From: Zygnema circumcarinatum SAG 698-1b
Lineage: Eukaryota > Plantae > Zygnematophyceae
Direction of reading: 5' to 3'
NCBI GenBank assembly: GCA_037447605.1
Contig: CM074805.1
Coordinates: 2,823,361 to 2,887,360, forward strand
DNA length: 64,000 bases
Positions 37,819-49,459 of the stretch are shown here, one piece after another. The first letter of the stretch is position 1; each line of letters starts with the position of its first letter. A program made the translations under genes and the position numbers. The notes under the pieces were generated by a model. That model ran no database searches and had not been told where the DNA came from. It saw nothing but the letters and a program-made list of their open reading frames with translations.

Positions 37819-40800
37819 ATGGCCTTCAATCACATCTCCACCGAGGATTTGGAGAAGCTGCAGAGCCCTCGTTACAGATTCTTTTACTACGACGAAGGCG
37901 GCTGGCATGCGTTCGAAGAACCTCTGAATCGCAAGCTGGCCGAGAAGTTCGCTTTGGGGGAACCGAATGTGACGTACATCTGGGAAGGGTGTTCGTACAT
38001 GGTGATGTTTAGCGAGTTTCGGCAAAAGAATACGAGTACAGCATACACTCGTTCCGTGGGATGGCGAGATGAAATGACGAAGACAGAGTGAGTAATTGTG
38101 GGAACCTTGTCTTTTAAAGGTGCAGTTCTGTGGCTGATTGCCTTCAGGATGTAGGTGGACCGGCTTCGTGATTGTTTCTCTTCCATACTATACGTATGTC
38201 ATCTAGGGATACTGCACTTATGTTATTTATAGGTACTAGCGTCCGAAAGTTGTTTGAGAGGCCTTTTATGCCCAGAGTTAGACTCGACTGCATGAAGGTT
38301 TTTTGCTCTGGAGTTCTTATTGCCGTTATTGGCTTGGAATGTCCTCCACTCTACCCCACTTCAAACTCTGAGCTTACGATCCATTCCAGCTTACGCACTT
38401 TTCCTGGGGGTTTTTTTTTTTTTTTCTGCAATTGGTTCTTTGATAATGACGGACAGTTTTCGTCCTCCCACACCATTTCACGGAGTGGACCCTGCGCTTC
38501 TACCTGCTATGAAAGCAGAAAGAATGTCTAGGGTTGCTGATATTATTGTTCCACTCAGCCCAGATAGCGCTGACGCAGTGGAAGTCACCAAGAGGTTAGA
38601 AAAAGTGCCCTTTTTAGACTGAAGGCCTTCTTTGACAGTATTTCTGGACGTTTCATCGGCACGTGTCATGTGTGAAAAGGTGATGGGAGATGTTCGTTTA
38701 CAGACGTCAATTTATCGCTGTTACGTTATTAGATAATGGGACTTTATTTAACAATAAGCCAACTGGCTGCATAATGTACGTGACCATGGTAGGATAATCT
38801 ACAAAAGCTAGGCAGGTCATATTTATGCTGCGGACGTTGAAGGGCACATTTCGAAATGGTGGTAGATATTTTGTCTGGTCTCCAGGAGAGACGAGGTCTG
38901 GTTGTTTCCTAAGCAATCGGGCGACTTCATGAATGAAGGATGCGAAGTATGAATATAAACCATCTAAAGAAGCCCAGCCTCAGAGCTTGTTGCAGCTGGG
39001 ATTTGTGGAGTACCGAGTCAAGGAAGGAATTCAAGTCTTCCCTTAATACTAGAATGAGCATAGGCTTCTCAAGGGAATATGCGATATTTCCAGTTTCATT
39101 ACCTTTTCTGTTCATAACAAAAATATACTTCTTGGGGGATGTTCAGAGAGACACGTTGACCAGCAACATGGAAAAGATGCTGCTTATGCTGCTTCAATCG
39201 CATGGAGACTTTGTTTAAAGTTTGCAAATTGGCTAACTTTTTCCTTGCTCTTGGTTTACTTTGCGTCTTATTCAGGTTTAAAGCTGGATTGGGTTCCTTT
39301 GCTGATCGTTTCCACGTTGTTGAAGTGCAAAAGGTGGTCAACTCAAATCGCCGTATCTCTCACTTCAGGTATTTCAGGCATAGCTTGAGTTTTTTTATCC
39401 CTTTGAATCATGCTGGATTATGACTAGTTGTTATTAGTTGAGTAGTTGTACCCTTCTTGAGTGTTGGCTGATTCACGACTCTTCATTAGCAAGGCAGTCA
39501 TTTCCAAGATTTATGTCTACTTGAAATAAGAAGCCTTCGCATGGCTATTAACTCAGACGCAGTACCTAAGGCCACATGCAGGGTTTGAGTTGTTTCTCGA
39601 AACCTATGCAAAGGCTGATGGATTCATCTTGCGGTTTCGTACAGTTTAGCTTATGGAACCAATTTCAGTGTTTGCATGGCATGATATGGCATGTCGCACT
39701 GCGAGTGGCACCACTGGATTCAAAACTTCAATGGAATCTGTTTCTCTCTCATAATGTGTGTTTAAGCCTCTGTAGTTCGGGCTGCAATACTGGCTTACAC
39801 TAATGTCAAGGGTATCATTTTCGAGTTTTTTTCAAGTGATTTCTTTAAAAAATCAGCCATGTGGCAGATAGTGAGTCATTTTGACTGAAATATTTGTTTT
39901 TTTTTTGCTTCGATGATCATTCTAATTGCGTGGTTGGGCCATTCATCCGTACGGAGTCATGTTACATTTTTTAACTATGTGGATACTCAAGAATCGACCT
40001 CTTGTTTTTTTTTTTTTCTGCGTATTTGGGACTTTAGATGCCGTTAAATACGATTTTTTTGAACCTTCGGATCTTCTGAAGCTCATTGTGTATGCGTGCA
40101 TCATGGCCATCATAGATGATGATGCTTCCCGATGCAAATGTGGAGGAGGGTAGCATGCACGTGATGTCACTGACATTCTGCCTTACTGTTCTTGGTTGCC
40201 ATCGCTATGCGGTTTCCCAGTTGCATTCTTGTCTTGACAGCTCGTTTGTGGCAGCTTGTTGAGGAAGAAAGGTATTGATCGTGTTGGTGGGCATTGCTGA
40301 AGTCTCTCTTATGGATAGTGATGATGCCCTTCGTGCTGTTCTGCCTCCAATTGTGCAGAGTTATAAGAGAGTCTTGCCCCAAGAAACACGCATGCACTGT
40401 CAACTCCATCTCATGCATAGGGAACCCTGCAGGGAAACAGCGAGTGAAGTCGCAGCAAAACGGGGAGGTAATGCAAATGCGCGCATGGCGTGGCATGGAA
40501 CTACAGCCAAAGCTGTCGAGTCGATAGTAGTTTATGGCTTTGGCCAATCGTCCAAGCCGAAGAATGGCAATGCTTGGGGCTCAGGGATTTATTTTGCACC
40601 GGAGAACAAGACAACTGTGAGTAATCTCGTCTTTCCCTGACGTCATGATCAGTGTCCTTTCTTGGACGTTTGGCCATTGGAAACTCCTTTTAAATATTAC
40701 TGCAGATCATCATGGCTCCTTGCCAGCTGACTCAGAGCAGTACCAACATGCTGTCATCATAACTTGAATGTAACAAGCTGACGCAAGTTTTTAAATCGTA

Positions 40801-42182
40801 AAAGGTCAGAGGCTAGTGAACTTTGCGTGGTAGGAACGATGCTGAAGTGCAAGGATTTTCTTTGGTTATGCCAGGAAAGCAGGGTTTACAACCCTTCAAA
40901 GGCGCCTAATTAATATCCCTTAAAGAGTCATTATCCAATCCGCCCTTCCCATCTTAAACATAACTTGTATGCCGTGAACTGACGTGGCATTCTCGTTTCT
41001 TTAATTTAGTAAGCATTGTGAACGCGAGTAGAGTGTGGTGAAGTTAACTATCTGGCTTCAAAGGTGGAAAAGATAGGCGTTTCTATTGCTTTGACGACAC
41101 CGTTTTTATGTGTACTTACTAGGAATGCGTGAAAGTAGAACATAAAAGTTCTGACGAGTGGCCGGTGCTAGACAGTGGAGATGGTCAGCAGCAGAGGCAT
41201 TTTTCCCCATTTAAACACATTTGACAGCAAGGGCTTTTTTGTTAGTTTAAAGAGCTCATCATTGTTATCCAGAGGCTGTGGCTGAACAACTTTCTTTACT
41301 TTTGCGTTCCTGCAACTATGGGAACTGTGGTAGTGATAGATGTGTCCCAAAATCTCACGACAGCTGGTCGTAGTGACATGGTGCTGCCTATAGGTATGAT
41401 GAGTTCAGCCGATTCACTATCACAGAGTTTGCATGTAATCTAGAGACTTTCTTGTTATCAGTTTACATAGATGTATGATACTTTGTGAATGTATCTGGTT
41501 CATCTATCGAACCCGATTTTTGCACTTGGAGGATGTTTGAAAACCAGTGCGCAGTCGTTACATTCGCTGACGAAAGAGTTGGGGTTTGGTGCAGGTAAGT
41601 CTACCCTACGCAGTTCCCGACCAAGAAGACTTATGCCGGATTCTAATGTGCCAAGTTATTCTGGGACAGCAAGAAAAATTGACTTATGAGAATTCTATGC
41701 TTACTCCGAGCAGTCCTGCTTATGATACCGGTGCGTTTTCAATTTGAAATGCAGAATTGTAAGGACATATATAAGAATGGTTCAGGGTGATACTAGGAGT
41801 ACATCCTGGCCAGAAATGGCTCTGTTGGGAAGAATGACGGGGTGGGGCGCATACTGCTGCGGCCCTTCCTCTCGACTGATCTAGTCAGCAAGATTTTAAA
41901 CTGAAATACAGAGCTTTGTGACAATTTGTGGTATCACCGCATGAAAGTGGGCTGGCACGACCGCAGTTTGGAGATACATGTGCATTTATGGGGCAGCTGA
42001 AAAGCTCTCTCGTCCTGTGTGTCCGTAGACATCCATCAGTTACGCCGTTGGTTTAACTAGACGGTCACTTGTTTGTTGCAGGGGTGGATGATTTGGTGGA
42101 CCCACGCCTGTACGTTGTGTGGAGCCCCTTTAGCAACTCCCACACCCTCGTGGAATTTGTGGTCGTTTTCAAGAAGCTATGA
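37819..42182 (+). CDS. SRO: WWE + PARP-catalytic-domain protein, SRO/RCD1-like, lacking RST
   Basis: Exon 37819-38087 encodes a WWE-like domain (RFFYYDEGGWHAF...YMVMFSEFRQKNTSTAYTRSVGWRD). Later exons give FKAGLG..., KRGGNANARMAWHGTT...GFG...GSGIYFAP (40432-40616) and GVDDLVDPRLYVVWSPFSNSHTLVEFVVVFKKL* (42082-42182), matching SRO-family PARP-domain segments. One or two internal exons (40.7-42.0 kb) are unresolved. Confidence 0.83.
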
Positions 42183-43212
42183 GTGAGCAGACCGGCAAAA
42201 TCGTCGGGTGTACGAGTACCTGCGCCGCGCTTAAAAGCGGTCCAAGGCTGTATGTTATGGAGGCAGCAGGCTGGTCAGCCATCGACTCAACCCAATGTTC
42301 ATATGATGAGGAGTGGTGAAGCTCATTCGGTCGCCTTAACGGAGGTCACAGCAATAAGCAGCTCTGCCGCAGGTTGATTGACGTGATGATGTTGTACAGT
42401 GATGCGAGCGCTGCGGGCGATGAGGCCAGTGGGGGCTTCTCGGGGGGAGTCAACGATTGGTACAAGTGGCAGTTTTTTATTTTTTACTGGAGGGAAAGCA
42501 TTTTTGTTGTAAATTGTGGGTCGTTATTTCCAAAATGGGATCCTGCAGGCTAGGCATGTTATTTTCAACTTGTTGTTTGTGGCAATGAATTGTTGCTTTT
42601 CAAATGGATCGTCGTCATTGGAGATTCCTTCTTGTTGAATGTTGTTCTGGGCATCACAATTTGTTCTTTTAAATTGCTTTGATACGTTACTGGCATGGAT
42701 GTTAAGGGTCAGAATGCAATAACAGGAAAATTTAAGATTTCATGTAAACCAAGTGAACGAACACAAAAACGGACTCGAGTTCGAGACATAGACCGCCTTT
42801 TGCGATCTGCTGCTGCGAGTTCTGCATGGCACTACTGTGTACGGACGGGGCCAGCCAGGTTCACAGAGCGCGCGGCCGCAAGGCCAACAGTTGCACGACA
42901 AAACTGGGACTGGGACTGAGACTGAGACTGCGCCACCAAGCCGACAGCATAGAACCGTATCCGGCGACGCGCATGCGTGCATCGCGTACGGACCGGACCG
43001 CCGGACAGCCGGTCGCCGCGCGCGTGTGCGCCCGCGTGCAAAAGCGACAACGTTGCACCGACCGGCGCGTCAATAATCACCGTCACCGGCAGCGGACGGC
43101 TGAGATTAGCCCCGATTTCCGGTACGCGATCGACGGTCGAGGACGCGCGCAGTGATTGCAGTCGGCGTGGGAAAACAGCGCTTTCACGCGGGCGGACGGA
43201 TGCGCACGCGCC

Positions 43213-43863
43213 CACGTGGCGCCATCGGGACCGCCCGCCTCCCGCCTGCCCACCCGAGGTGGTCCGGGCGGGCGATCTGCGCCTTGAATCGCCCGCCCGC
43301 CCGCGGCCCTCCAAAACAGCTGGCCGCCCGCCGCCACCGCTGACGTGGCCCCCGTGCGCGGCCCACGCTGTCCGCATCGCGCGTGCTTTTCCGCCGACGC
43401 GGCGGACCAATGGCGGCCGCGCGCGGATCCCAGCGGACGGCGCACAGCGCAAGCGCACGTGCCGCCGGGACGCGCTCCGCGGCCGCCCGCCCGCCAGGTC
43501 GGTCGGTCGGCCAAGGAGGGCGCCGCTCGTGCAAAAAGTTGACCGGCCCGATGCATGCTGCAACGCCCCGCCGATCGTGCCACGTGTGAGAGAACTCCAC
43601 TATTGGTCTGCCTCTCCGGGCAACTTCCGAAAAATACCTCCAAGCTGCCCGTAACCGAAAGGGCCTCGACCCCGCCCGCGGACTCGTCGGTGCCGCCTGC
43701 CCGCGCAGGGAAAGTTTTGGGCCTCAACAGCCAGCCCGCGCACGCGCGGTCCCGCGCGTCCGTGTCCCTGTCCCCCCCCGTCCGCGTCCCCGTCCGCGGG
43801 CGCGTCCGCGGGAGCACACGGAGCCGCCGTTGCGCGCACGTGGGCCGCCTCGCTCCGCACGTG
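43213..43863. promoter_or_regulatory. GC-rich upstream region of the TPR gene with repeated G-boxes
   Basis: CACGTG at 43213, 43456, 43581, 43837 and 43858, plus TGACGTGG at 43341. Confidence 0.5.
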
Positions 43864-44135
43864 CGAGTGGCGGCCCCGTTCCCACCGCAACGACGGGCGG
43901 ACGGGTCCCTCCCTCCCTCCCTCTCTCCCCGGCGGGCGGCTCCCAGAAGGTGGGACCCGGCGGCCGGGGGCCGTTCGCGCTGAATCTCGCCGCGTGGCGC
44001 GGAGATATTACGAGGGGGGGATCAGGGGTGGGGGCAGAAGCAGCAGGAAGCAGCAAGAGCAGGGCTAGGGTTGGGAGGAGGTGGAGGAGGGGCTGGAGGC
44101 AGGGGCAGGAGAGGCATGCGCGCACGCCAGTGAGG

Positions 44136-47100
44136 ATGTTGACCAAGAGTTCATCCATGTCGGCCCTTTCCTCGCTCGTGTCTTCCTCCGGAGAGGTGCG
44201 AGATTGGAGAATCAGCGATTTCTGCATAGAAGGACGGCAGGCTGCGCGGAGCAAACCAGCGAGGGCTTCCCTGGGCTCGCCCTTCTCTTCGCAATCGTCC
44301 ACGAAACCCGCTTTGGCGGAGTCGGCTTCCTCCCCTAAATGCAGGGATGGCGACTGCAGTGTCCACGGAGGCCTGGCGAGCCCGAGCCCTAGCGGCAGTA
44401 GCGGCAGCCATGGAGGGCTACGTTCTCGTGAGAGAGCGCTTTGGGATTTTGAAAACGATTTGGTCCCATGGCCCTACATCCGGCGCGCACAGTCAGAGAC
44501 AGATCTGCAGAATTTGGCCAAAAATGGGGGAATTGCAGCCAGGCTGATGTCCGATACTCTTGGCTGCATGGGGGGATGCCAGCAAGCCGCCGGGAGCACC
44601 GATTGCAGCTTAAAGGGATGGAGTTTGCCGTCCCCTACCAATTGTGATGTTGAGACTGGGAGGCACCATCGGCGTCGATGGGCTAGAAGGAAGTCTTTCT
44701 CGTCTTTTTCGAAGCGACTGCCTGAAGGGGATGTTGCAGAAGTGGAGGAAGATCAGACAACTCAGCAGAACTCGACTGGAAGACTTCTGAAATTGGCTTT
44801 ACCATGTGAAGTGAATGCAACTGGTTCAGCTGGACCGTCTTCTGTGCATGTAGGGGTGGCCCAAGAAGGTTGTTTTTCGTCTCGTTCTCATACCCGCTCG
44901 TTAACTCCTGAAGAACAGGAGGGGCTTTTTAGTCGGTTAGGTGTCAAGACAGGCATATCCTTTGCTAACTCCGCATTTGTCCAATCTCTACCTTCTCCAT
45001 CCTCTCTTCCCTTTTCAAGAGCAAATAGCAACCCTGTAGTTATTCATCCTGAAGCTGTGGAACGGCTCATCAGATCGTCAGAGATGCAGGATTTGGAGGT
45101 AGTTGCCTGTAAGTGCAGTCAGCAAGACTCGCGATCTTCCCACAATGTTTCCGGGTGCGCTTGTAGCTCAAGTACAGTCTATTGTTTCGTGAATGATAGT
45201 CAACAGGTCATGCGCTCTGTTAGCCAAAGCCCTTTAAACTGTGGCACCCAGACGAATGTAGTCGGCCATTCTGAAGATTTCTTCGGGTCACAACAGCTTT
45301 CTGGAGATGGTTTTGGGCCGGGGGGCTTTGGCGGAGGAGGGATGACTGGAGGGAAGGGAGGGAGGCGATGTGGAGGTGCCCCTCGTGATTGGGAAGAAAG
45401 CAGCCACGGCAACGCTAACTCCAGCTCCACAGATGCGTATTATCAGCAGGCGTTGGAGAAGGATCCGGGGCATCCGTTGCTCCTACGAAACTACGCTCGT
45501 TTCCTTTCTGAGGTGAGTGGCACTGTGAGGGACGTGTTTGCCATTGTGGATGCGGAATCTTCACGACTGCCAATGCTCGAGAGCAATGTAGGCAGCTTGA
45601 AGGAGATGAGATGTTCTAATGCCGGCAAACGTTGGTGTATGGTCTCATGTTTGATGGATTGTAAGTAGCTCTGAGTCTGCAGAGTGTCGCCTCGTTAGCA
45701 TTTTGCCTGTGTGTGAAGGATCGGGATTTTAATACACGTAGTATGTCTAGAATGTTGAACGCTGCATGGCCTTGAACTTGGTTTTGACCTTGTCAAGCAG
45801 ATCATCCTTGTGTATCTTTTCTCCTGGTAGGGAGCCTGCTTACAATTTCTTGATCAAAACCAAGAACTGCAAGTAGAACCTTGGCTTGCATGTTGGTAGT
45901 TCAATGGAGTGTGGGTTCGTTCCCGGTGAAAGATGATTGAACTTCTGAAGGTTCTTATGAGTTGTATGATTCAGAATCATGCTTGGATTGATCGATTACG
46001 GGCGCTGCCTGCTGTCCCTTGCGTTGTCGTTCTGCGTGTGCGGAACTACTTGTTCATTTTGAGCCTGCACCAGATTGGCTGCCGAAAATAGGAGTATTAA
46101 TGACCTGATCTGGTATTTCCTGGGAAGCGGTGAATAGTTTCTTGTGTGCTTTTCTTCCAAGGTGTCTGTTGACGACCTTTGTTGTAATTGCAGCTTTTAT
46201 GGTTCCATCGATGGCATTTTGGTTGGACAAAAGTAGCCTTCTCCTGTCTGCTATGTCTAGGAGTTTAGCAGCCTTGTCAGAGTCGATCCATGATGATAAT
46301 AGTATCAGCAATAGCAATCTTGCCTCAAGAGGGTAACATATATGAGAGAGCCTCGTCTTGGATGTGTTTCCGTTTCCATCCTGCATGTGTCCTCGTGAGG
46401 TCCTGTTCGACGGGTGTTTTTGCCTTTGGTGAATGCAATTGCTTCTGCTTGTGTCTGCATGAGTTGCAGAAAAAATGATCGATTGATTGAGTGAATGCAT
46501 AATGAACATATGGATGATGCATGAATGAGACAGCGCACTGGTCTCCATTGGTTGAGTGACACGATCGTTTTTTGCGATCTTTTGTGTTTCTTTCATAGAA
46601 TAATTTTCTTTAGTTCATGGACCTGATTCCTGGATCCTATTGAAGGCTATCCAGAATGTATCTAGGCTTGCTATGGCCTCGCAGACAGATTCGATTATTT
46701 AGACCCTTTCTATGCACTACGCAGTAGAACCGTTCATGACACCTCGTGACACCTCATGACACCCTCATGAAGTGTCGTGAGGTGTACTTTTCTACGCATG
46801 TGAACCTGAAGGCAGGGAGGAGTGGAAGAAGGGTGTTGGATGCTTTCAAATATGTGAAATGGTTCTACAAACAAAACTGTTGCCCTTTGCTGTTTGGTCA
46901 TTTAATGGCCTTATCTTGTCCAGGAAATAAGCTTGGTCTATCTGTTGGCTTTTGCATTGCAGGTGCAGCATGACCTAGTCAAGGCAGAGGAGTTTTACGA
47001 GCGTGCTATTTTGGCCAATCCGGGCGATGGAGAGGTTTTGGCGCAGTATGCGAAGCTCATATGGGAGGCGCACAATGACCATGAGAGAGCCAGCAGCTAC

Positions 47101-47415
47101 TTCGAACAGGCTATTCAAGCGGCACCCGCAGACTGGTCAGTGCATTGGCTTGCTTCAAGTTAGTGAGAATAGTTACATCATTTTTTTTTGTCTGGTAGCA
47201 CTGCATAGGTAGGACCATGCCAAGATGTCAAGAACGAGCTTTTCGTTTACTTCTTTTCTCCGCCACTGATTGACAACTCAAGTCTGACACTGCCACTGCC
47301 ACTTTCCTGCAGCTATGTGCTGGCAGCGTATGCATCGTTTCTGTGGAGTGTCGACAACTCCAGTACGGAGCTTGGATTGAAAACCTTACAAGGAGAACAT
47401 CGTTGTCCTTCTTGA
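44136..47415 (+). CDS. Plant TPR-like superfamily protein (long Ser-rich N-terminus, C-terminal TPR helices)
   Basis: Exons 44136-45512, 46963-47135, 47313-47415. N-terminus MLTKSSSMSAL resembles the MLLRSSSTP start of this family. C-terminus STDAYYQQALEKDPGHPLLLRNYARFLSE|VQHDLVKAEEFYERAILANPGDGEVLAQYAKLIWE...ASSYFEQAIQAAPAD|CYVLAAYASFLW. Confidence 0.9.
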
Positions 47416-49459
47416 CGATGCCTTTCCATGTTCGGTTGTGAAGTCCTAACCTGGACAACCTTTTGGAGCGTTTGAAGTACAACCACGTCTGCTTTACCTA
47501 CTTATTTTCCCCATCACAATGCGGAATTAGACAGTATGCTGGGACTCCACGACATGAAATAAGGCCTGGATAATTCACGATGCCAGCAATGGAGGCTTGA
47601 CCTTCATTATAAGATGAGTTTTTCATATCATCGGATGGAAAAAGGCGTCGAGCTTGTGTGTACGAACATTCGAGTTGTTGCTTGCTGGTGGCTGAGGAAG
47701 TAAGCACAGGAGCGAGAATGATCGAGAAGCACTTTGGCTGACGACTGGCAATGATGGGGCGCCACTTAACCGAGTGGATCCTTCTTGGGGCCGTACAAGA
47801 GAGGGCATGGGACAAATGCAGCAGCGGTCGTCATTCGAGTTCTCTGCGCGGCTTGGTGGAGTGGACTTTCATCGAGAACGTTCATTCAGTGATGACTTTC
47901 GTACTTCTGTACAGTGTGATGAGTCGCCCGAGGAAGGGAAATTCATTGCAAATGAAGTTCATGTGGCAGCTAGGTTTTAATTGGTGCAGAAGTCGCCATA
48001 AGCCGCAAAATCTGTAGCGATTGGCCATCATGCTGTTTTAGCTTGGTGCATCTTCCGACGCGCCAACCTTTCGTAGCTCGTCTAAGCTGGTAGAGGGATG
48101 ACAGCAGGCCGCAGGTTCAGCCATGGATACAGTTGGTGGAGGCGACATATCAGCGAAGAGAGGAAGTTGTCCTTTGTACCATAGTAACGAGCTTGCAGTA
48201 GTTGCGGTGTGGCAGATGCACGCTGCAGGATAGATGGACAACCTTGAGCAGGATAGGCCCACAACGCTGAGCGGAGTGTCGCCAGCCACTGAATAATGTA
48301 TTGCAGAGTTGAGAGACTCGCCAAAACTAAAAGAAAAGATTTCGGAGCAGTGGTGTGTGATGGGTGCCGGAGTGTGTGGGACAGGCTGGCTTCCGTCATG
48401 GGGGCATGGGAGCATGAGAGTTAGTGGCGCATGAGGGGAAGGTGGCATGGGAGGGGCTCTTCATGGATTCCTGATGCCAAACGACACACTAAACAAAATT
48501 CGAAGGGCTTACACAAACTTTTTCGTCTGAAAAAGCCACAAGAAAGATACTCTGGGTCCTAACGAGCGAAAGCGGGGTAATGTGGAAGTTAAAGAACGCA
48601 CAAAGATCCCAACATTCGGTAATTTTTTGGCCAAAAGTTATCGCACACCATTGACTAACAGATTCTCCCCAGACTCGCCAGCCAACTCCGACAGAAGACG
48701 TGGCGAGTAGGAAGGGTTAACACACATCGGAAGAGTCACAAGTCAACAAAAGGCTCCACTTTTTGGCACTCCAAAAGGTGTCAGATTTACTGTTACAAAT
48801 TTGCCCCTGTCCACCTCCTGCAAGCTCCAACTTGCCCTACTTATGTCTGAGAACATGCAGACAATAAGTCCTTCTAGACATCTTGGTAGCAAACAAGAGT
48901 CCGCCAAAATAACTTGCGTGGATTGAAGCCACTGTCATGGAAACAACTCTTTCAGTTCTACAGCTGACCCAAACTACAGCGCAAGGAATGTAGATATTGG
49001 AGATACGCTCCCATCCAGTAACGACTTCCAGGAATTACCAACTGATTGATGCACATTATTAGCGAAATAAAAATAAAAATCAAATTGGGACGAGGAGATT
49101 GGCTTCTTCACAGAGCTTGTGCAGGTCAGCGGAGAATGGGCATGGTACGGAAATAGTCGATCTTAACCGCCATCCCTTTCTTTTACTTACAACGGAACGG
49201 GTATGCATCTCAAGACCATTGGATGGCTGACAGAAAAATTTAAAGACATTGGTGGAATGCGTCCAGGGATATATGTGCGGCGGTAGAAGTTAAACACTTA
49301 AGTGGGGCAGATGGCGGCGATAACCCCCCGGCCAAAGCAGCGAGGGAATCAGGGCACACCATAGTGTTGAAAGGAACTTATTGCCGTCCCTCTCTTGTCA
49401 CCGGACAAGGTCGAAGCGATACGGCCAACATGGGCCTAGTGGGAAGTAAGCATCTTGGA

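Noticed and set aside
40275-40431. In-frame upstream extension of the PARP exon (AEVSLMDSDDALRAVLPP...)
   Set aside because: No acceptor there matches the phase-2 end of the previous exon; the cctgcag acceptor at ~40431 gives the family-like alignment.
42826-44135. Long overlapping ORFs on both strands, including the first ~100 aa of ORF 43830..45668
   Set aside because: Very GC-rich upstream DNA is stop-poor by composition and gives R/A/G/P-rich translations; the family-like start is ATG 44136.
46735-46770. Short TGACACCTC tandem repeat (and the 19-bp duplication at ~49614-49655)
   Set aside because: Small intronic slippage duplications with no further structure.
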